The notes: generated by a model from the sequence alone, not told the origin. A stretch of 64,000 nucleotides of DNA from Deltaproteobacteria bacterium (GCA_021780225.1 JAJXZF010000040.1:30919-94918), one strand, 5' to 3'. Counted from the stretch's first letter, positions 1-11,943 are shown. Numbers and translations are program-made.

Positions 1-507
1 TCGAAGTTGCCAAGGCCCGAGAATCGCGGATGCCGCCACGCCCGTCCTTCGAGACGGCAGGCCGCGTGATTTGCGCGACCTGCATCTTTCTGTTTACCCC
101 GCGTGCATTTCTCCGGCAACGGGCGCCGCGACCGAAAATTACTGACTCTGCGGTCAGTTTCAAGCATCTCTAATGGCCGGAATGTCCACCGTCACGAACA
201 GCAAATTTGTTGATTATGAGACCTTCTAATGAAACTTCGAGTTGCCGCGACGGCGGTGAAGGTTGAGCTATGCGGCGCATCGGTATGTATTTGCTAGCCG
301 CCTGGAGGAAGTACAGCGGCCGAAGACGTATTAAAAGCGAAAGTTCAAGAACATGAATCAGCCATCAGCAAAGGAAATTCGCCGACCCTAAAATTAACCG
401 CGCGCATTCGCCGATTTGTTACGGTTCGGTTACCTGGACAACTCGTCGATTGAAAATTTTTCGTTCGCCGAGCATTCAAAATAACGCCAAGCGGCCGACA
501 ATCGCGA

Positions 508-1806
<1,299 letters not shown>

Positions 1807-1873
1807 GGATGCAAGTTTAGGCGGATGGCGGCGGATTATCGAGCGTAACGCCCGGAACCGCTAGAATCCGTGA

Positions 1874-2467
1874 ATGATGTTGGCGGGGATGAATGGTCTC
1901 GATTACGCGATAATCGCGATCGTCGCGGTGGCCACGCTGCACGGCGTGACGCGCGGCGCAATCCGGATGGCGACGTCGATCGTCTCGCTGATCGCGGGAA
2001 TTTATCTGGCTTCGGTTTACTACGGGCGGGCGGCTCGAATTTCAGCGACCTACCTGAAGACCGGCCCCGCGCTGAGTCAGGCGCTTGGCTACGCCGCCGT
2101 TTTCGGAATTGTTTTTATCGGGATCGAATACTTGGGCGGCCGGGCGACCCGAATCGTTCGCGCGATCCATCTCAGTTGGGCCGACCGCGCCGCCGGCGCG
2201 CTTCTCGGCGGCTCGCTCGGCGCGCTTATCGCCGGATTGCTCGTGCTGGCGTTGACCGCCGCTCTGCCCGACAACTCGCCCGTGCTGGCCGAATCGAAGC
2301 TCGCGCCCAAGGTTCTGCGCTACAATCAGATGCTGCTCGCCTACGTGCCGCCCCAAGTCAAGGAGGAGTACGAGCGCAAACGCGGCGAGCTGTTACACAA
2401 GTGGGCTCAGGAGATGGAAAACCCCGGAGCGCCTCGCCATCCGGCGGCCATTCCGGGGTCTTCGTAA
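1874..2467 (+). CDS. cvpA: CvpA-family membrane protein (colicin V production protein-like)
   Basis: Four predicted TM helices. The N-terminus MNGLDYAIIAIVAV is typical of CvpA; the true start may be ATG 1889. Confidence 0.65.
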   Translation: MMLAGMNGLDYAIIAIVAVATLHGVTRGAIRMATSIVSLIAGIYLASVYYGRAARISATYLKTGPALSQALGYAAVFGIVFIGIEYLGGRATRIVRAIHLSWADRAAGALLGGSLGALIAGLLVLALTAALPDNSPVLAESKLAPKVLRYNQMLLAYVPPQVKEEYERKRGELLHKWAQEMENPGAPRHPAAIPGSS

Positions 2468-2483
2468 AAGCGCAAGCGAGCGG

Positions 2484-2816
2484 TCAGGAGATCGCGTGTT
2501 CGACCGCCGCGACCAGGTTTTTCTTCGGCACCGCGCCGACAATCTGCTCTTTCACCTCGCCGCCCTTGACAATCACGAGGTTCGGGATGCCGCGCACGCC
2601 GAAGCGCGCCGGAGTCATTTGATTGTCGTCCACGTTAATCTTCACGACCTTGAGGCGGCCCGCATATTCGTTGGCGAGTTCGTCGACGATCGGCGCAATC
2701 GCGCGGCAGGGCGCGCACCACGGCGCCCAAAAATCGATTAGGACCGGCTGATCCGACTTCAACACTTCCTGCTCGAAGCTGGCGTCGGTCACATGATGAA
2801 CTTTATCGCTGGCCAT
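2484..2816 (-). CDS. trxA: thioredoxin
   Basis: 110 aa with the WCAPC active site and thioredoxin fold signature (IPNLVIVKGG). Confidence 0.9.
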   Translation of the reverse strand: MASDKVHHVTDASFEQEVLKSDQPVLIDFWAPWCAPCRAIAPIVDELANEYAGRLKVVKINVDDNQMTPARFGVRGIPNLVIVKGGEVKEQIVGAVPKKNLVAAVEHAIS

Positions 2817-3095
2817 CGGAACATTTCTCCTTGCCGAGGCATTACGAACTCAACTTAAGGTCGCTCGACTTTACAGTCAAGGTAAACCGGTCGGCAATGC
2901 CGCTCCAGGCGCATCCCGGATGCGGCCGGTTTCCTTGACATTTCCGGCGCGCGCATGTTCTACCACGGTCATCGTGCGGATGCTGGAGCGGGGCCATTCG
3001 GGGCCGCTGCAACGGCAACCGCGCCAATGACGATCGAAACCGGCGCGCGCGTTCCTGAAGCGCTCGGCCGCGAAGCAATCTGAAGGAGTTCCGCG

Positions 3096-4181
3096 ATGAA
3101 AGCCGCCGTATTTCACGGGCCGAATCAGCCCTTGACGATCGAACAGGTGCAGGTTGACAAGCCGCGCGAGCGCGAGGTGCTGGTGCGCACCGTGGCCAGC
3201 GGCGTATGCCACAGCGATCTGCATTTCGTCGATGGCCTCTATCCATATCCCGCTCCCGCCGTGCTCGGACACGAAGCGGCGGGCGTGGTCGAAGCGGCCG
3301 GCCGCGACGTCAGTTACGTCAAGCCGGGCGATCACGTTATCGCCTGCCTCTCGGTCTTTTGCGGCTATTGCAACGAGTGCATGTCGGGCCATCCGAATCG
3401 CTGCTCGAACCAGCAAGCGACGCAGCGCCCCAAGGACGAAGCGCCGCGGCTCGCGCAGGACGGCAAGCTGATCCGGCAGTTCGCGAACCTCTCGACCTAT
3501 GCCGAGCAGATGCTCGTGCATGAAAACGCGCTGGTGAAGATCACCAACGAGATTCCGCTCGACCGCGCGGCGCTGATCGGATGCGGTGTGACCACCGGCG
3601 TCGGCGCCGTGCTCAACACCGCGCGAATCGAGCCGGGTTCCACCGTGGCGGTGTTCGGATGCGGCGGCGTGGGCCTCGCCGCGGTGCAGGGCGCGCGCAT
3701 CGCCGGCGCCCGGATGATCATCGCGGTCGATCAGTTCGAGAACAAGCTCGCGATGGCGAAGAATCTCGGCGCGACCCATACCGTGGACGCTTCGCACAGC
3801 GACGCGGTCGAGGCGATCCGCGACCTCACCGGCGGCGGCGCCGATTATTCCTTCGAGGCGGTCGGCGTCAAGAAACTCGCCGAGCAGTGCTTCGACTGCA
3901 TCAAGGCCGGCGGCACGGCGACGATTATTGGCATGATTCCGGTCGGCCAGAAGATTGAAATCGACGGACCGAAAATTCTCACCGAGCGGGTGATCCAGGG
4001 GTCGAACATGGGCTCGAACCGCTTCCGGATCGACATGCCCCGCTACGTCGATTACTACCTGCAGGGCCGCCTCAATCTTGACGACATGATCAGCCGCCGC
4101 GGCAAACTCGAAGACGTCAACGACGCCTTCGCCGCGATGAAGCGGGGCGAGGTCGCACGGACCGTCCTGATGTTCGAGTAA
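3096..4181 (+). CDS. Zn-dependent alcohol dehydrogenase (MDR superfamily), paralog 1
   Basis: 361 aa. Catalytic-Zn motif GHEAAGVVE, structural-Zn Cys cluster CGYCNECMSGHPNRC and Rossmann GCGGVG. GAAGGAG RBS 7 nt upstream. Confidence 0.85.
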   Translation: MKAAVFHGPNQPLTIEQVQVDKPREREVLVRTVASGVCHSDLHFVDGLYPYPAPAVLGHEAAGVVEAAGRDVSYVKPGDHVIACLSVFCGYCNECMSGHPNRCSNQQATQRPKDEAPRLAQDGKLIRQFANLSTYAEQMLVHENALVKITNEIPLDRAALIGCGVTTGVGAVLNTARIEPGSTVAVFGCGGVGLAAVQGARIAGARMIIAVDQFENKLAMAKNLGATHTVDASHSDAVEAIRDLTGGGADYSFEAVGVKKLAEQCFDCIKAGGTATIIGMIPVGQKIEIDGPKILTERVIQGSNMGSNRFRIDMPRYVDYYLQGRLNLDDMISRRGKLEDVNDAFAAMKRGEVARTVLMFE

Positions 4182-4224
4182 CCGCGCGACCCGAAACAAC
4201 TCGAATTCATAGGAGCAAGCGAAA

Positions 4225-5310
4225 ATGAAAGCCGCCGTTTTTCACGGACCCAATCAGCCGCTCAAAATCGAACAGGTGGACGTCGACGAGCCGCGCGACC
4301 ATGAAGTGCTGATGCGCACCGCCGCGACCGGCGTGTGCCACAGCGATCTGCATTTTGTCGAAGGACTGTATCCGTTTCCCGCGCCGGCGATTCTGGGCCA
4401 CGAGGCCGCCGGCGTGGTCGAAAAGGTTGGCAAGGCCGTGGCCTACCTGGCGCCGGGCGACCACGTGATCTCCTGCCCATCGGTTTTCTGCGGCTACTGC
4501 GACGAATGCATGTCGGGGCATCCCAATCGATGCTCGAACCGGCGCGCGACGCAGCGCCGCAAGGACGACCCGCCGCGTCTTTCGCAGAACGGCAAACCCG
4601 TGCGCCAGTTCTCCGACCTCTCGACCTATGCAGAAAAGATGCTGGTGCATGAAAACGCGCTGGTGAAGATCACCAAGGACATCCCCCTCGACCGCGCGGC
4701 GCTGATCGGCTGCGGCGTGACCACGGGCGTCGGCGCCGCGCTCAACACCGCCAAGATCGAGCCGGGTTCGACGGTCGCGGTCTTCGGCTGCGGCGGCGTG
4801 GGAATTTCAGCGATCCAGGGCGCGCGCATCGCCGGCGCAAGAATGATCATCGCGGTCGATCAGTTCGAGAACAAGCTCGCGATGGCGAAGAAATTCGGCG
4901 CGACCCACACGATCGACGCATCGCACGCCGATGCCGTCGAGGCGATCGTCAAGATGACCGAAGGCGGCGTCGATTTTTCGTTCGAGGCGGTCGGCCTCAA
5001 AAAACTCGCCGAACAGTGCTTCGATTGCATCAAACCCGGCGGCACGGCGACGATTATCGGCATGATTCCGGTCGGCCAGAAGATCGCGCTCGACGGGCCG
5101 AAGTTCCTGACCGAACGCAAACTGCAGGGTTCGATGATGGGCGGCAATCGTTTCCGGATCGACATGCCGCGCTATATCGATTTCTACATGCAGGGCCGCT
5201 TGAACCTCGACGACATGATCAGCAAGCGGGCGAAGCTGGAAAACGTCAACGAAGCGTTCGAATCGATGAAGAAGGGCGAGGTCGCACGCACCGTCCTGAT
5301 GTTCGACTGA
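4225..5310 (+). CDS. Zn-dependent alcohol dehydrogenase (MDR superfamily), paralog 2 (tandem duplicate)
   Basis: 361 aa, about 80% identical to the upstream paralog over its full length with the same Zn motifs; near-identical 5' nucleotide sequence. Confidence 0.85.
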   Translation: MKAAVFHGPNQPLKIEQVDVDEPRDHEVLMRTAATGVCHSDLHFVEGLYPFPAPAILGHEAAGVVEKVGKAVAYLAPGDHVISCPSVFCGYCDECMSGHPNRCSNRRATQRRKDDPPRLSQNGKPVRQFSDLSTYAEKMLVHENALVKITKDIPLDRAALIGCGVTTGVGAALNTAKIEPGSTVAVFGCGGVGISAIQGARIAGARMIIAVDQFENKLAMAKKFGATHTIDASHADAVEAIVKMTEGGVDFSFEAVGLKKLAEQCFDCIKPGGTATIIGMIPVGQKIALDGPKFLTERKLQGSMMGGNRFRIDMPRYIDFYMQGRLNLDDMISKRAKLENVNEAFESMKKGEVARTVLMFD

Positions 5311-5333
5311 CCCGCGTCCGCGCTTCACGAATT

Positions 5334-5370
5334 GCGCGCCGGGGTTGATCAAACCTCGGCGCGTTTTTTC
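5334..5370 (+). terminator. rho-independent terminator after the ADH pair
   Basis: GC stem CGCGCCG...CGGCGCG with a 15-nt loop, followed by TTTTTT, 25 nt after the ADH2 stop. Confidence 0.6.
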
Positions 5371-5391
5371 GTTCGGTTGCTCCCGATGCGG

Positions 5392-7164
5392 TTATTCCCG
5401 CTCCCAGATCCGCCATTGCGGCCCCGGCTCGATTAGTTTCCAGCCGCGGCTGAGATAATCCGGCGCGGGCCGCGCGACGGGAATCGCGACAAACCGGACG
5501 TCGAACCGCCGAATTTCCGCGTCGAGGCCGGTTCCGGTCCGCGCATAGGCCCGCATCATCCCGTTTTCCACCAAATCCGGCATTCGCCGATCGGCCGATT
5601 CACCCCAGCCGTAGGATCGCGCGGCGGCACGCGCCTTTTCGTGGAATTCGTTTTCGTTCAATCCCTCCAGGCGGGCGTTGAGCGCGGCGCGCGTCTCCCA
5701 ATCCCGGTCGTTCAGAACCGCGCTGATGAACGCGGCGTATCCGGCCAGCGGCCGCGCGCCGCTCGCGATCGATTCGAATGCGCAGAATCCCGAATCGCCC
5801 GCAATCACAGCGCCGGCGGGAAATGGTCGCGGCTGATTCGCCGAGGTCTGGGAAACAAATCGCATGTAGCCATTCAACTCGATTCGGGAATTGATGCCGC
5901 GTTCCACCTCGATTTTTCTTAACATCAACCCGGAAGACGCTTCGAACAACAACACAACCGCCGCCAGCGTCGCCAATGCGGTTGGCCGTGAGCGCAGACC
6001 ATAGCGAACGATCTGCGCCGCCATCAAAATAATCAGGATCGAAACGCCAACGCCCCAGACGTAGCGCCAATGTCCCGCCCGCAAATCCATGCCGGTAAAA
6101 ATATGATTATTCGAGAGCGCGACGGCGGCGACCGCCATGCACCATAGGTAGAGACCCTCGCGGCGCGGCTTCCGCCAGATCCAAACGGCGGTAAGTACGA
6201 GCCAGCCAAGCGCGATTTTCGGCAGCAGAAAAAAGCCGAATCGGGAAACCGGCGCATAGACGCCAATGCGGCGTAGGGCTTCCGGATTCACCCGTGATCG
6301 AGCCAGAAATTCCGTGATGATCGCCGGGCCGCCGACAAGCAGGGCAATTCCGATAATGGCGGCGTACACGCGGCGGTTCCGGCGGTCGAGGAGAATGACG
6401 AGCGTCAACGCGGCCGTCGCGGAGGTCCAGTAATAAAACCAGACGTAGAACAGGGCGCCGGTCGCGATTCCGGCGGCCATGAGCGTTTGGCGCCGCTCCC
6501 GGCCTTCGACCGCGGCGCTCACGAGAAGAATTTGCAGTAACACAATCGGCAAACCGACGGCCGGATCGATAACCCGCCACTGACCCAGCAAATCTTGACC
6601 GTCATAGAGCGCCGGCAGATGGCCGACGGCGGCCTGGTACGTGCGCATTATCTGCCAGAGTCCCGGTTGTGCGAATGTGACTCCGCAATCAACCATCATC
6701 AGGATAGCGCAGAAAGCGCTGGTCCATGGCGACCGCGACCAGTAAAAAAATATACAGAACAGCAGGATGGGAATGGCTATTCCCGCCCAGATGCGCCAGA
6801 TCAGATTAACGTCCAGCACCGGCAGGCGAAGCAGCCGAACCAGCATGACGGCGGGAACGAATTGCGCGGACTGATATATCGTCGCCCCATCCGGGACGGT
6901 CACGTCTCTCAACGAAAACCCGCCCGAGTAATAGGCCTGCGACGCAAGCTGGAGATAATACTGATTGTCCTTGTCGGCGACGTAGGCGACTGACCCGGAG
7001 TTGTGGAACCAAAGCGCGTAGGGAAGCAGAGAGAAGAGCAGCCCGATCGCCACGGCGACCGTCGCCGACAATATGAGAGCCGCGCGGGAACAACGAGCCG
7101 GCTCCGCGGCCGGTGCGCCGCCGCAAAACTCGTCAATGCGCTTGAGCCAGCCGGAAGCGCTCAT
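5392..7164 (-). CDS. large polytopic membrane protein, possible GT-C-type glycosyltransferase (ArnT/PMT-like); function uncertain
   Basis: 590 aa with about 12 hydrophobic helices and a roughly 170-aa C-terminal soluble domain; the architecture resembles GT39/GT83 enzymes. No motif-level confirmation. Confidence 0.55.
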   Translation of the reverse strand: MSASGWLKRIDEFCGGAPAAEPARCSRAALILSATVAVAIGLLFSLLPYALWFHNSGSVAYVADKDNQYYLQLASQAYYSGGFSLRDVTVPDGATIYQSAQFVPAVMLVRLLRLPVLDVNLIWRIWAGIAIPILLFCIFFYWSRSPWTSAFCAILMMVDCGVTFAQPGLWQIMRTYQAAVGHLPALYDGQDLLGQWRVIDPAVGLPIVLLQILLVSAAVEGRERRQTLMAAGIATGALFYVWFYYWTSATAALTLVILLDRRNRRVYAAIIGIALLVGGPAIITEFLARSRVNPEALRRIGVYAPVSRFGFFLLPKIALGWLVLTAVWIWRKPRREGLYLWCMAVAAVALSNNHIFTGMDLRAGHWRYVWGVGVSILIILMAAQIVRYGLRSRPTALATLAAVVLLFEASSGLMLRKIEVERGINSRIELNGYMRFVSQTSANQPRPFPAGAVIAGDSGFCAFESIASGARPLAGYAAFISAVLNDRDWETRAALNARLEGLNENEFHEKARAAARSYGWGESADRRMPDLVENGMMRAYARTGTGLDAEIRRFDVRFVAIPVARPAPDYLSRGWKLIEPGPQWRIWERE

Positions 7165-7273
7165 ATCGAAATGGTTCTGGCCGGTTCTGGCGAGCAGCGC
7201 GCGGCGATGGCGCCAGAGAGCCGGTCCCGTGCGGGGCCGGCTCTCTTCGATGGCGCGGAATCCGTCCGGCGTT

Positions 7274-8521
7274 TCAGTTGATTGCGCTGGCGCGGCGGCT
7301 CAGCAGCGCGTTCACGTCGAACTTGAAGATCTTCGCGGCGTTGAGGCCCAAGATCTTCGCGCGCTGATCTTCCGTCAGATGGCCCATCTGGCGCTCGATC
7401 GCCTCCGCCGAGTGCGGCCACGAACCCTCGTGATGCGGATAGTCGTTGGCCCACATGAAGTTGTCGATCAGGTTGTATTTGACCGCGAGATCGAGGCCGA
7501 CGCGATCTTCCTGGAACGTGCAGGCGCCGTTGCTGCGGAAATATTCGCTCGGCAGCTTGGGCAGTTTCGGAAACGCCCACATATGATGCTTGCGATAGGC
7601 CTCGTCCATCGCGTCGAGCGCCCACGGCACCCAGCCGATGCCGCATTCGATCGCGGCGAAATGAATCTTCGGGAAACGCTCGATCACGCCCGACGCGCAG
7701 AGATTCGCGATCGGCTCGATGGTCGGCGAGAGCGAATGCGACACGTAATTGATCACCGCGCCGCCGTCCTTGCGCGCCGCGCGCGGATCGCGGCCAGTCG
7801 AAATATGGAACGTGATCGGCAGGCCGCAATCCTGAATCGCCGCCCACATCGGGTCGTAGATCGGCAGATTGTAATTCGGATGGCGCGCGTCGTAGTTGCC
7901 GAAAATCGGCTTGCACGGCAGCGAAATTCCGCGAAAGCCCAGCTTCGCCACGCGCTGGATCTCCGCGATCGCAAGGTTAACGTCGGCGGTCATGATCGCC
8001 GCCATCGGCGACATGAATTCGTTGTACGGGCCGAAGGTCTCCCACGCCCAATCGTTCCAGACCTTGCATTGCGCCGCGCCGAATTCGGCGTCCTGCGTCG
8101 CCCACATCAGCAGGCCCTTGTTCGGGAAGATGATCTCGGCGTCGATGCCGTCGCGCGCGTGATCCTTGATGCGCTCGGCGGTCGTATAGCCGGTCTTGTT
8201 GCGCAGCGCGTCCTCGCCCTCGAACTTGAAGGCGTGCTCGGGCGCGCGCGAGCGCTGCCAGCCCTCGGAGACCATCCACTTGACGCCTTTCTCATCGACT
8301 TCGATATGGGGCAGGCGCTTGCGGTACTTTTCGTCCATCCGCTCGAGCCACAGGCCGGTAGGCTCGTTGCAGTGGCAGTCGGTCGAGATCATCAGGTACT
8401 TGTGCGGATCGCCGGGGCGCGCCGTGCGCGACCATCCCTGATGGCCGGGAGTTTCAAGACGCCATTCATTGTTGACGTCGACAGTCTGATTGGTTTCCTC
8501 GATCATCGCTTCCTCCATCAT
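7274..8521 (-). CDS. amidohydrolase-2 family metal-dependent hydrolase (TIM-barrel)
   Basis: HxH-like metal site (DCHCNEP) and amidohydrolase_2 conserved blocks. The likely true start is ATG 8506, preceded by GGAGG. Confidence 0.75.
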   Translation of the reverse strand: MMEEAMIEETNQTVDVNNEWRLETPGHQGWSRTARPGDPHKYLMISTDCHCNEPTGLWLERMDEKYRKRLPHIEVDEKGVKWMVSEGWQRSRAPEHAFKFEGEDALRNKTGYTTAERIKDHARDGIDAEIIFPNKGLLMWATQDAEFGAAQCKVWNDWAWETFGPYNEFMSPMAAIMTADVNLAIAEIQRVAKLGFRGISLPCKPIFGNYDARHPNYNLPIYDPMWAAIQDCGLPITFHISTGRDPRAARKDGGAVINYVSHSLSPTIEPIANLCASGVIERFPKIHFAAIECGIGWVPWALDAMDEAYRKHHMWAFPKLPKLPSEYFRSNGACTFQEDRVGLDLAVKYNLIDNFMWANDYPHHEGSWPHSAEAIERQMGHLTEDQRAKILGLNAAKIFKFDVNALLSRRASAIN

Positions 8522-8661
8522 AAGCGTGGCTGATTCGTAGGATCCGACAAAATTATCTATTTGAGATTATTCAGCGCTCCGCGCCTTGTCCAGCGAAGAT
8601 CGCGCCGGGCTTATCGCTGTGCGCGCTCGGCCGCCTTACGGCGAATGGGCGAAGCGGACCG

Positions 8662-9534
8662 TCAGATCAGGCCGGCCGCCTTCATCGCGGCGCGCAGCTT
8701 TTCGGCCGCTGGCGCGGTCATCGGCACCAGCGGCATCCTGACCTCGTTCGCGCATTTGTCCATCAACGCGCACGCCTGCTTGATCGGAATCGGATTCGTT
8801 TCGACGAACAATGCGCGCATCAACGGCAGCATCCGGAAATGCAGATCGCGGGCGCGGGCGAAATCTCCTTCGAGACAGGCCGCCGCCATTTCATGCATCT
8901 CGCGCGGCATGACGTTGGTGATGACCGAAATCACGCCTTTGGCGCCCATCGCCATCAGCGGCAGCGTCAGCGAATCGTCGCCGGCCAGCAGCGTCAGCCG
9001 TTCGCCGCACAGCTTCAGGATATCCGAGCACTGATCCATCGAGCCCGACGCTTCCTTGATGCCGGCGACATTGCGGATGTCGCACATCCGGGCGAACGTC
9101 TCAGGCGCGATATTCGAGCCGGTGCGGCCCGGGATGTTGTAAACGATAAGCGGCAGATCGACCGCCGCCGCGATCGCTTTGTAATGGCGGTAGATGCCGT
9201 CCTGGGTGGGCTTGTTGTAATACGGCGAGATCAGCAGCGCGCCGTCCGCGCCGGCCTCGCGCGCATAGGTGGTCAATCGAATCGCCTCGGCGGTGGAATT
9301 CGAGCCGGTGCCGGCGACCACTGGCACGCGCCGGCGCGCCTGATCGATTACGACCTTGATCACCTGTTCATGCTCGGCGTGGCTGAGGGTCGCCGATTCG
9401 CCGGTCGAACCGCACGGCACGAGTCCGTCGATGCCCGACTGGATTTGCCATTCGACCAGCTCGCGCAGGGCTTTTTCATCGATCGCGCCGTCGCGAAACG
9501 GCGTGACCAGAGCCGAAAATGCGCCGTGAAACAT
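8662..9534 (-). CDS. dapA: 4-hydroxy-tetrahydrodipicolinate synthase
   Basis: 291 aa from ATG 9534 (MFHGAFSALVTPF...), with a GGAGG RBS. The track ORF carries a spurious 113-aa Arg-rich extension. DapA motifs GSTGE and active-site Lys context are present. Confidence 0.9.
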   Translation of the reverse strand: MFHGAFSALVTPFRDGAIDEKALRELVEWQIQSGIDGLVPCGSTGESATLSHAEHEQVIKVVIDQARRRVPVVAGTGSNSTAEAIRLTTYAREAGADGALLISPYYNKPTQDGIYRHYKAIAAAVDLPLIVYNIPGRTGSNIAPETFARMCDIRNVAGIKEASGSMDQCSDILKLCGERLTLLAGDDSLTLPLMAMGAKGVISVITNVMPREMHEMAAACLEGDFARARDLHFRMLPLMRALFVETNPIPIKQACALMDKCANEVRMPLVPMTAPAAEKLRAAMKAAGLI

Positions 9535-9539
9535 GCCGC

Positions 9540-10442
9540 TTACCTCCCGCCGGGGACAGCCGGAATCAGTTCGGCGTCGTCCAGTTCGATTTCGCCGCGG
9601 AACACCTCGACGGCTTCGCCGGTCATGAAGACGTGATTCGCGCCGGCGCCGCTTTCGCGCCATTCGATTTCGAGCGGTCCGCCGCGCAGCTCGACGGACG
9701 CGCGCCGCGCCGCGCGTCCGGTCAGGACGCCCGCGACCAGCGCCGCGCAGGCGCCCGTGCCGCAGGCGAGCGTCTCGCCCGACCCGCGCTCCCATACGCG
9801 CATCTTCAGGCGATCGCGCGCGATCGGCAGGATGAACTCGGTGTTGACGCGGCGCGGAAAAAACGGATGACACTCGAACTGCGCGCCCAGCCGGGCGAAT
9901 TCCATATCGTCGAGCGCAAAAATCCCGCCGTCTTCAACGAACACTACGCAATGCGGATTGCCCATCGAGACCGCGGTGACACGATATTCGCGGCCGCCGG
10001 CTTCGAGCGGAAAATCGATGATGCGGCCGTCGTGCGCGGCGGGAATTTCGCGTCCTTCCAGAATCGGTTCGCCCATATCGACGGTCGCGCCGACGGGGCG
10101 GCTGTCAACCACCTTGAGCGCGATCGTCCTGGCGCCGCAATCGGTATCGACGACCAGCGGATTCCTTCGGCCGCCCGAGAGTTCGTATTGCAGGCGGGCG
10201 ACGCAGCGAATGGCGTTGCCGCACATCTCGCCGCGGCTGCCGTCAGCGTTGTACATCTCCATCCGCACGTCGGCGGACGCGGACGGACAGAGCATAATCA
10301 GGCCGTCGCCGCCGATTCCGAAATGCCGGTCCGACAATCGTTTCGCCAGCGCGCCCGGATCGGCCGGCCGCACGAGGTCGGCCGCGATGTAGATATAGTC
10401 GTTGCCGCATCCGTGCATCTTGACGAACGCAAGCTTACTCAT
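9540..10442 (-). CDS. dapF: diaminopimelate epimerase
   Basis: 300 aa with MHGCGNDY at the N-terminus and the two catalytic Cys motifs (GNAIRC, ACGTGACA). Confidence 0.9.
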   Translation of the reverse strand: MSKLAFVKMHGCGNDYIYIAADLVRPADPGALAKRLSDRHFGIGGDGLIMLCPSASADVRMEMYNADGSRGEMCGNAIRCVARLQYELSGGRRNPLVVDTDCGARTIALKVVDSRPVGATVDMGEPILEGREIPAAHDGRIIDFPLEAGGREYRVTAVSMGNPHCVVFVEDGGIFALDDMEFARLGAQFECHPFFPRRVNTEFILPIARDRLKMRVWERGSGETLACGTGACAALVAGVLTGRAARRASVELRGGPLEIEWRESGAGANHVFMTGEAVEVFRGEIELDDAELIPAVPGGR

Positions 10443-11703
10443 CGGGACCGCCCCGGAACGTCACCAGATGTTCGTTGCGGACAATGTCGTCGAAACTGTC
10501 ACGGTCGCGGATCACGTGGGCGTAGTCGCCCTCGACCAGCACCTCCGCCGCGCGCGGCCGGCTGTTGTAGTTCGACGCCATTACAAATCCGTACGCGCCC
10601 GCGCTCATCACCGCCAGCAAATCGCCGGATTCGACGGCGGGCATGTCGCGCTCGCGGGCGAAGAAGTCGCCGCTTTCGCATACCGGCCCGACCACGTCGG
10701 CGACCAATCGCGCGCCGCTCGTCCGCGGCTTGACCGGCGCGATTTCGTGGTAGGCCTCGTACAGCACCGGCCGGATCAAATCGTTCATCGCGCCGTCCAC
10801 CACGATAAAGCGCTTGACGTCGGTCTCCTTGACGTAAAGCACCCTGGTCAGAAATAGGCCGGCGTTGCCGACCAGCACGCGGCCCGGCTCGATAATGATC
10901 TTGAGGCCGATATTCTTGAGCGGCCCGAGCAGCGCGCGCGCATAATCCGCGGGCGACGGCGGCTGTTCCTGATACGGAATTCCCAGCCCGCCGCCCAAAT
11001 CGAGATACTTGAGCGCGATTCCAGCCGCGCGCAGCTCGGCGACGATTTTGGCGGTCTTTTGGCCGGCCTCGGCGAACGGATCGGTCTCAGTAATCTGCGA
11101 GCCGATATGCGTGCTCAAGCCCGCCAGCTCCAGATTCGGCAGCGTGCGCGCCTCGGCGTAATATTCGTGCACCTGCGCGAGCGGCACGCCGAATTTGCTA
11201 TCGCGATGGCCGGTGGAGATGTGCGGATGGGTCCCCGGATCGAGGTCGGGATTGACGCGCAGGCTGACCGGCGCTCTAAGCTTCAGCCGCGTCGCGATCA
11301 TGGAGATACGCTGCAACTCCGGGCGCGACTCGACGTTGATCATCAGGATTTTCGCCTTGAGCGCCGCTTCAATCTCCTCGTCGGTCTTGCCGACGCCCGA
11401 AAAGACGATTTTACCGGCGTCCGCGCCCGCCTTCAGACAGCGCATCAGCTCGCCCACTGAAACGATATCGAAGCCCGCGCCCAGCTCGTTGAACAGCTTG
11501 AGCACGCTCAGGTTCGAGAGCGCCTTCATCGCGAAGCAGATCAGGCTGTCCGTTCCCTTGAAGGCCTCGGCAAGGACGCGGTAATGGCGGCGCAAAGTGC
11601 GCGCGCTATAGACGTAAAGCGGGGTGCCAAGGCGCGTCGCAAGGTCGCTTAGCGAAACGTCTTCGGCATAAAGCTGGTTGTCGCGATAAGTGAAATAGTT
11701 CAT
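10435..11703 (-). CDS. lysA: diaminopimelate decarboxylase
   Basis: 422 aa, PLP fold-III decarboxylase with conserved GGG/EPGR/CESGD motifs; overlaps dapF by 8 nt. Confidence 0.9.
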   Translation of the reverse strand: MNYFTYRDNQLYAEDVSLSDLATRLGTPLYVYSARTLRRHYRVLAEAFKGTDSLICFAMKALSNLSVLKLFNELGAGFDIVSVGELMRCLKAGADAGKIVFSGVGKTDEEIEAALKAKILMINVESRPELQRISMIATRLKLRAPVSLRVNPDLDPGTHPHISTGHRDSKFGVPLAQVHEYYAEARTLPNLELAGLSTHIGSQITETDPFAEAGQKTAKIVAELRAAGIALKYLDLGGGLGIPYQEQPPSPADYARALLGPLKNIGLKIIIEPGRVLVGNAGLFLTRVLYVKETDVKRFIVVDGAMNDLIRPVLYEAYHEIAPVKPRTSGARLVADVVGPVCESGDFFARERDMPAVESGDLLAVMSAGAYGFVMASNYNSRPRAAEVLVEGDYAHVIRDRDSFDDIVRNEHLVTFRGGPDE

Positions 11704-11943
11704 CTCGTTCGGCGCGGCCGGCGGTTCCGCCGCGATCCGCGGTAAACGACGTTTTTATCATACGGCGAGCGTTACTCGAAACGCGCGCCCGGCGCGATTG
11801 CCGCATCCGTGGCATTTCGATAGTGATGACTCCGGACCGACGCGTTCTAGCGTTTTTGGACTTTATTGCGCACCCTGAGCAGGCCGCGCCATGCAACGCC
11901 CGCGCATCGAAGACACCACGCGCGTAAACAGCGGATCAAGGTG

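Noticed and set aside
9519-10733. Long antisense ORFs overlapping dapF/lysA (404 aa). Similar shadows lie at 20913-22451, 22165-23637, 26108-28777, 40161-41249, 55863-57281 and 57303-59066.
   Set aside because: Their translations are Arg/Ala/Gly-rich low-complexity strings with no motifs. They lie opposite genes that have clear homology and correct GC3 phasing. They are typical GC-driven shadow ORFs.
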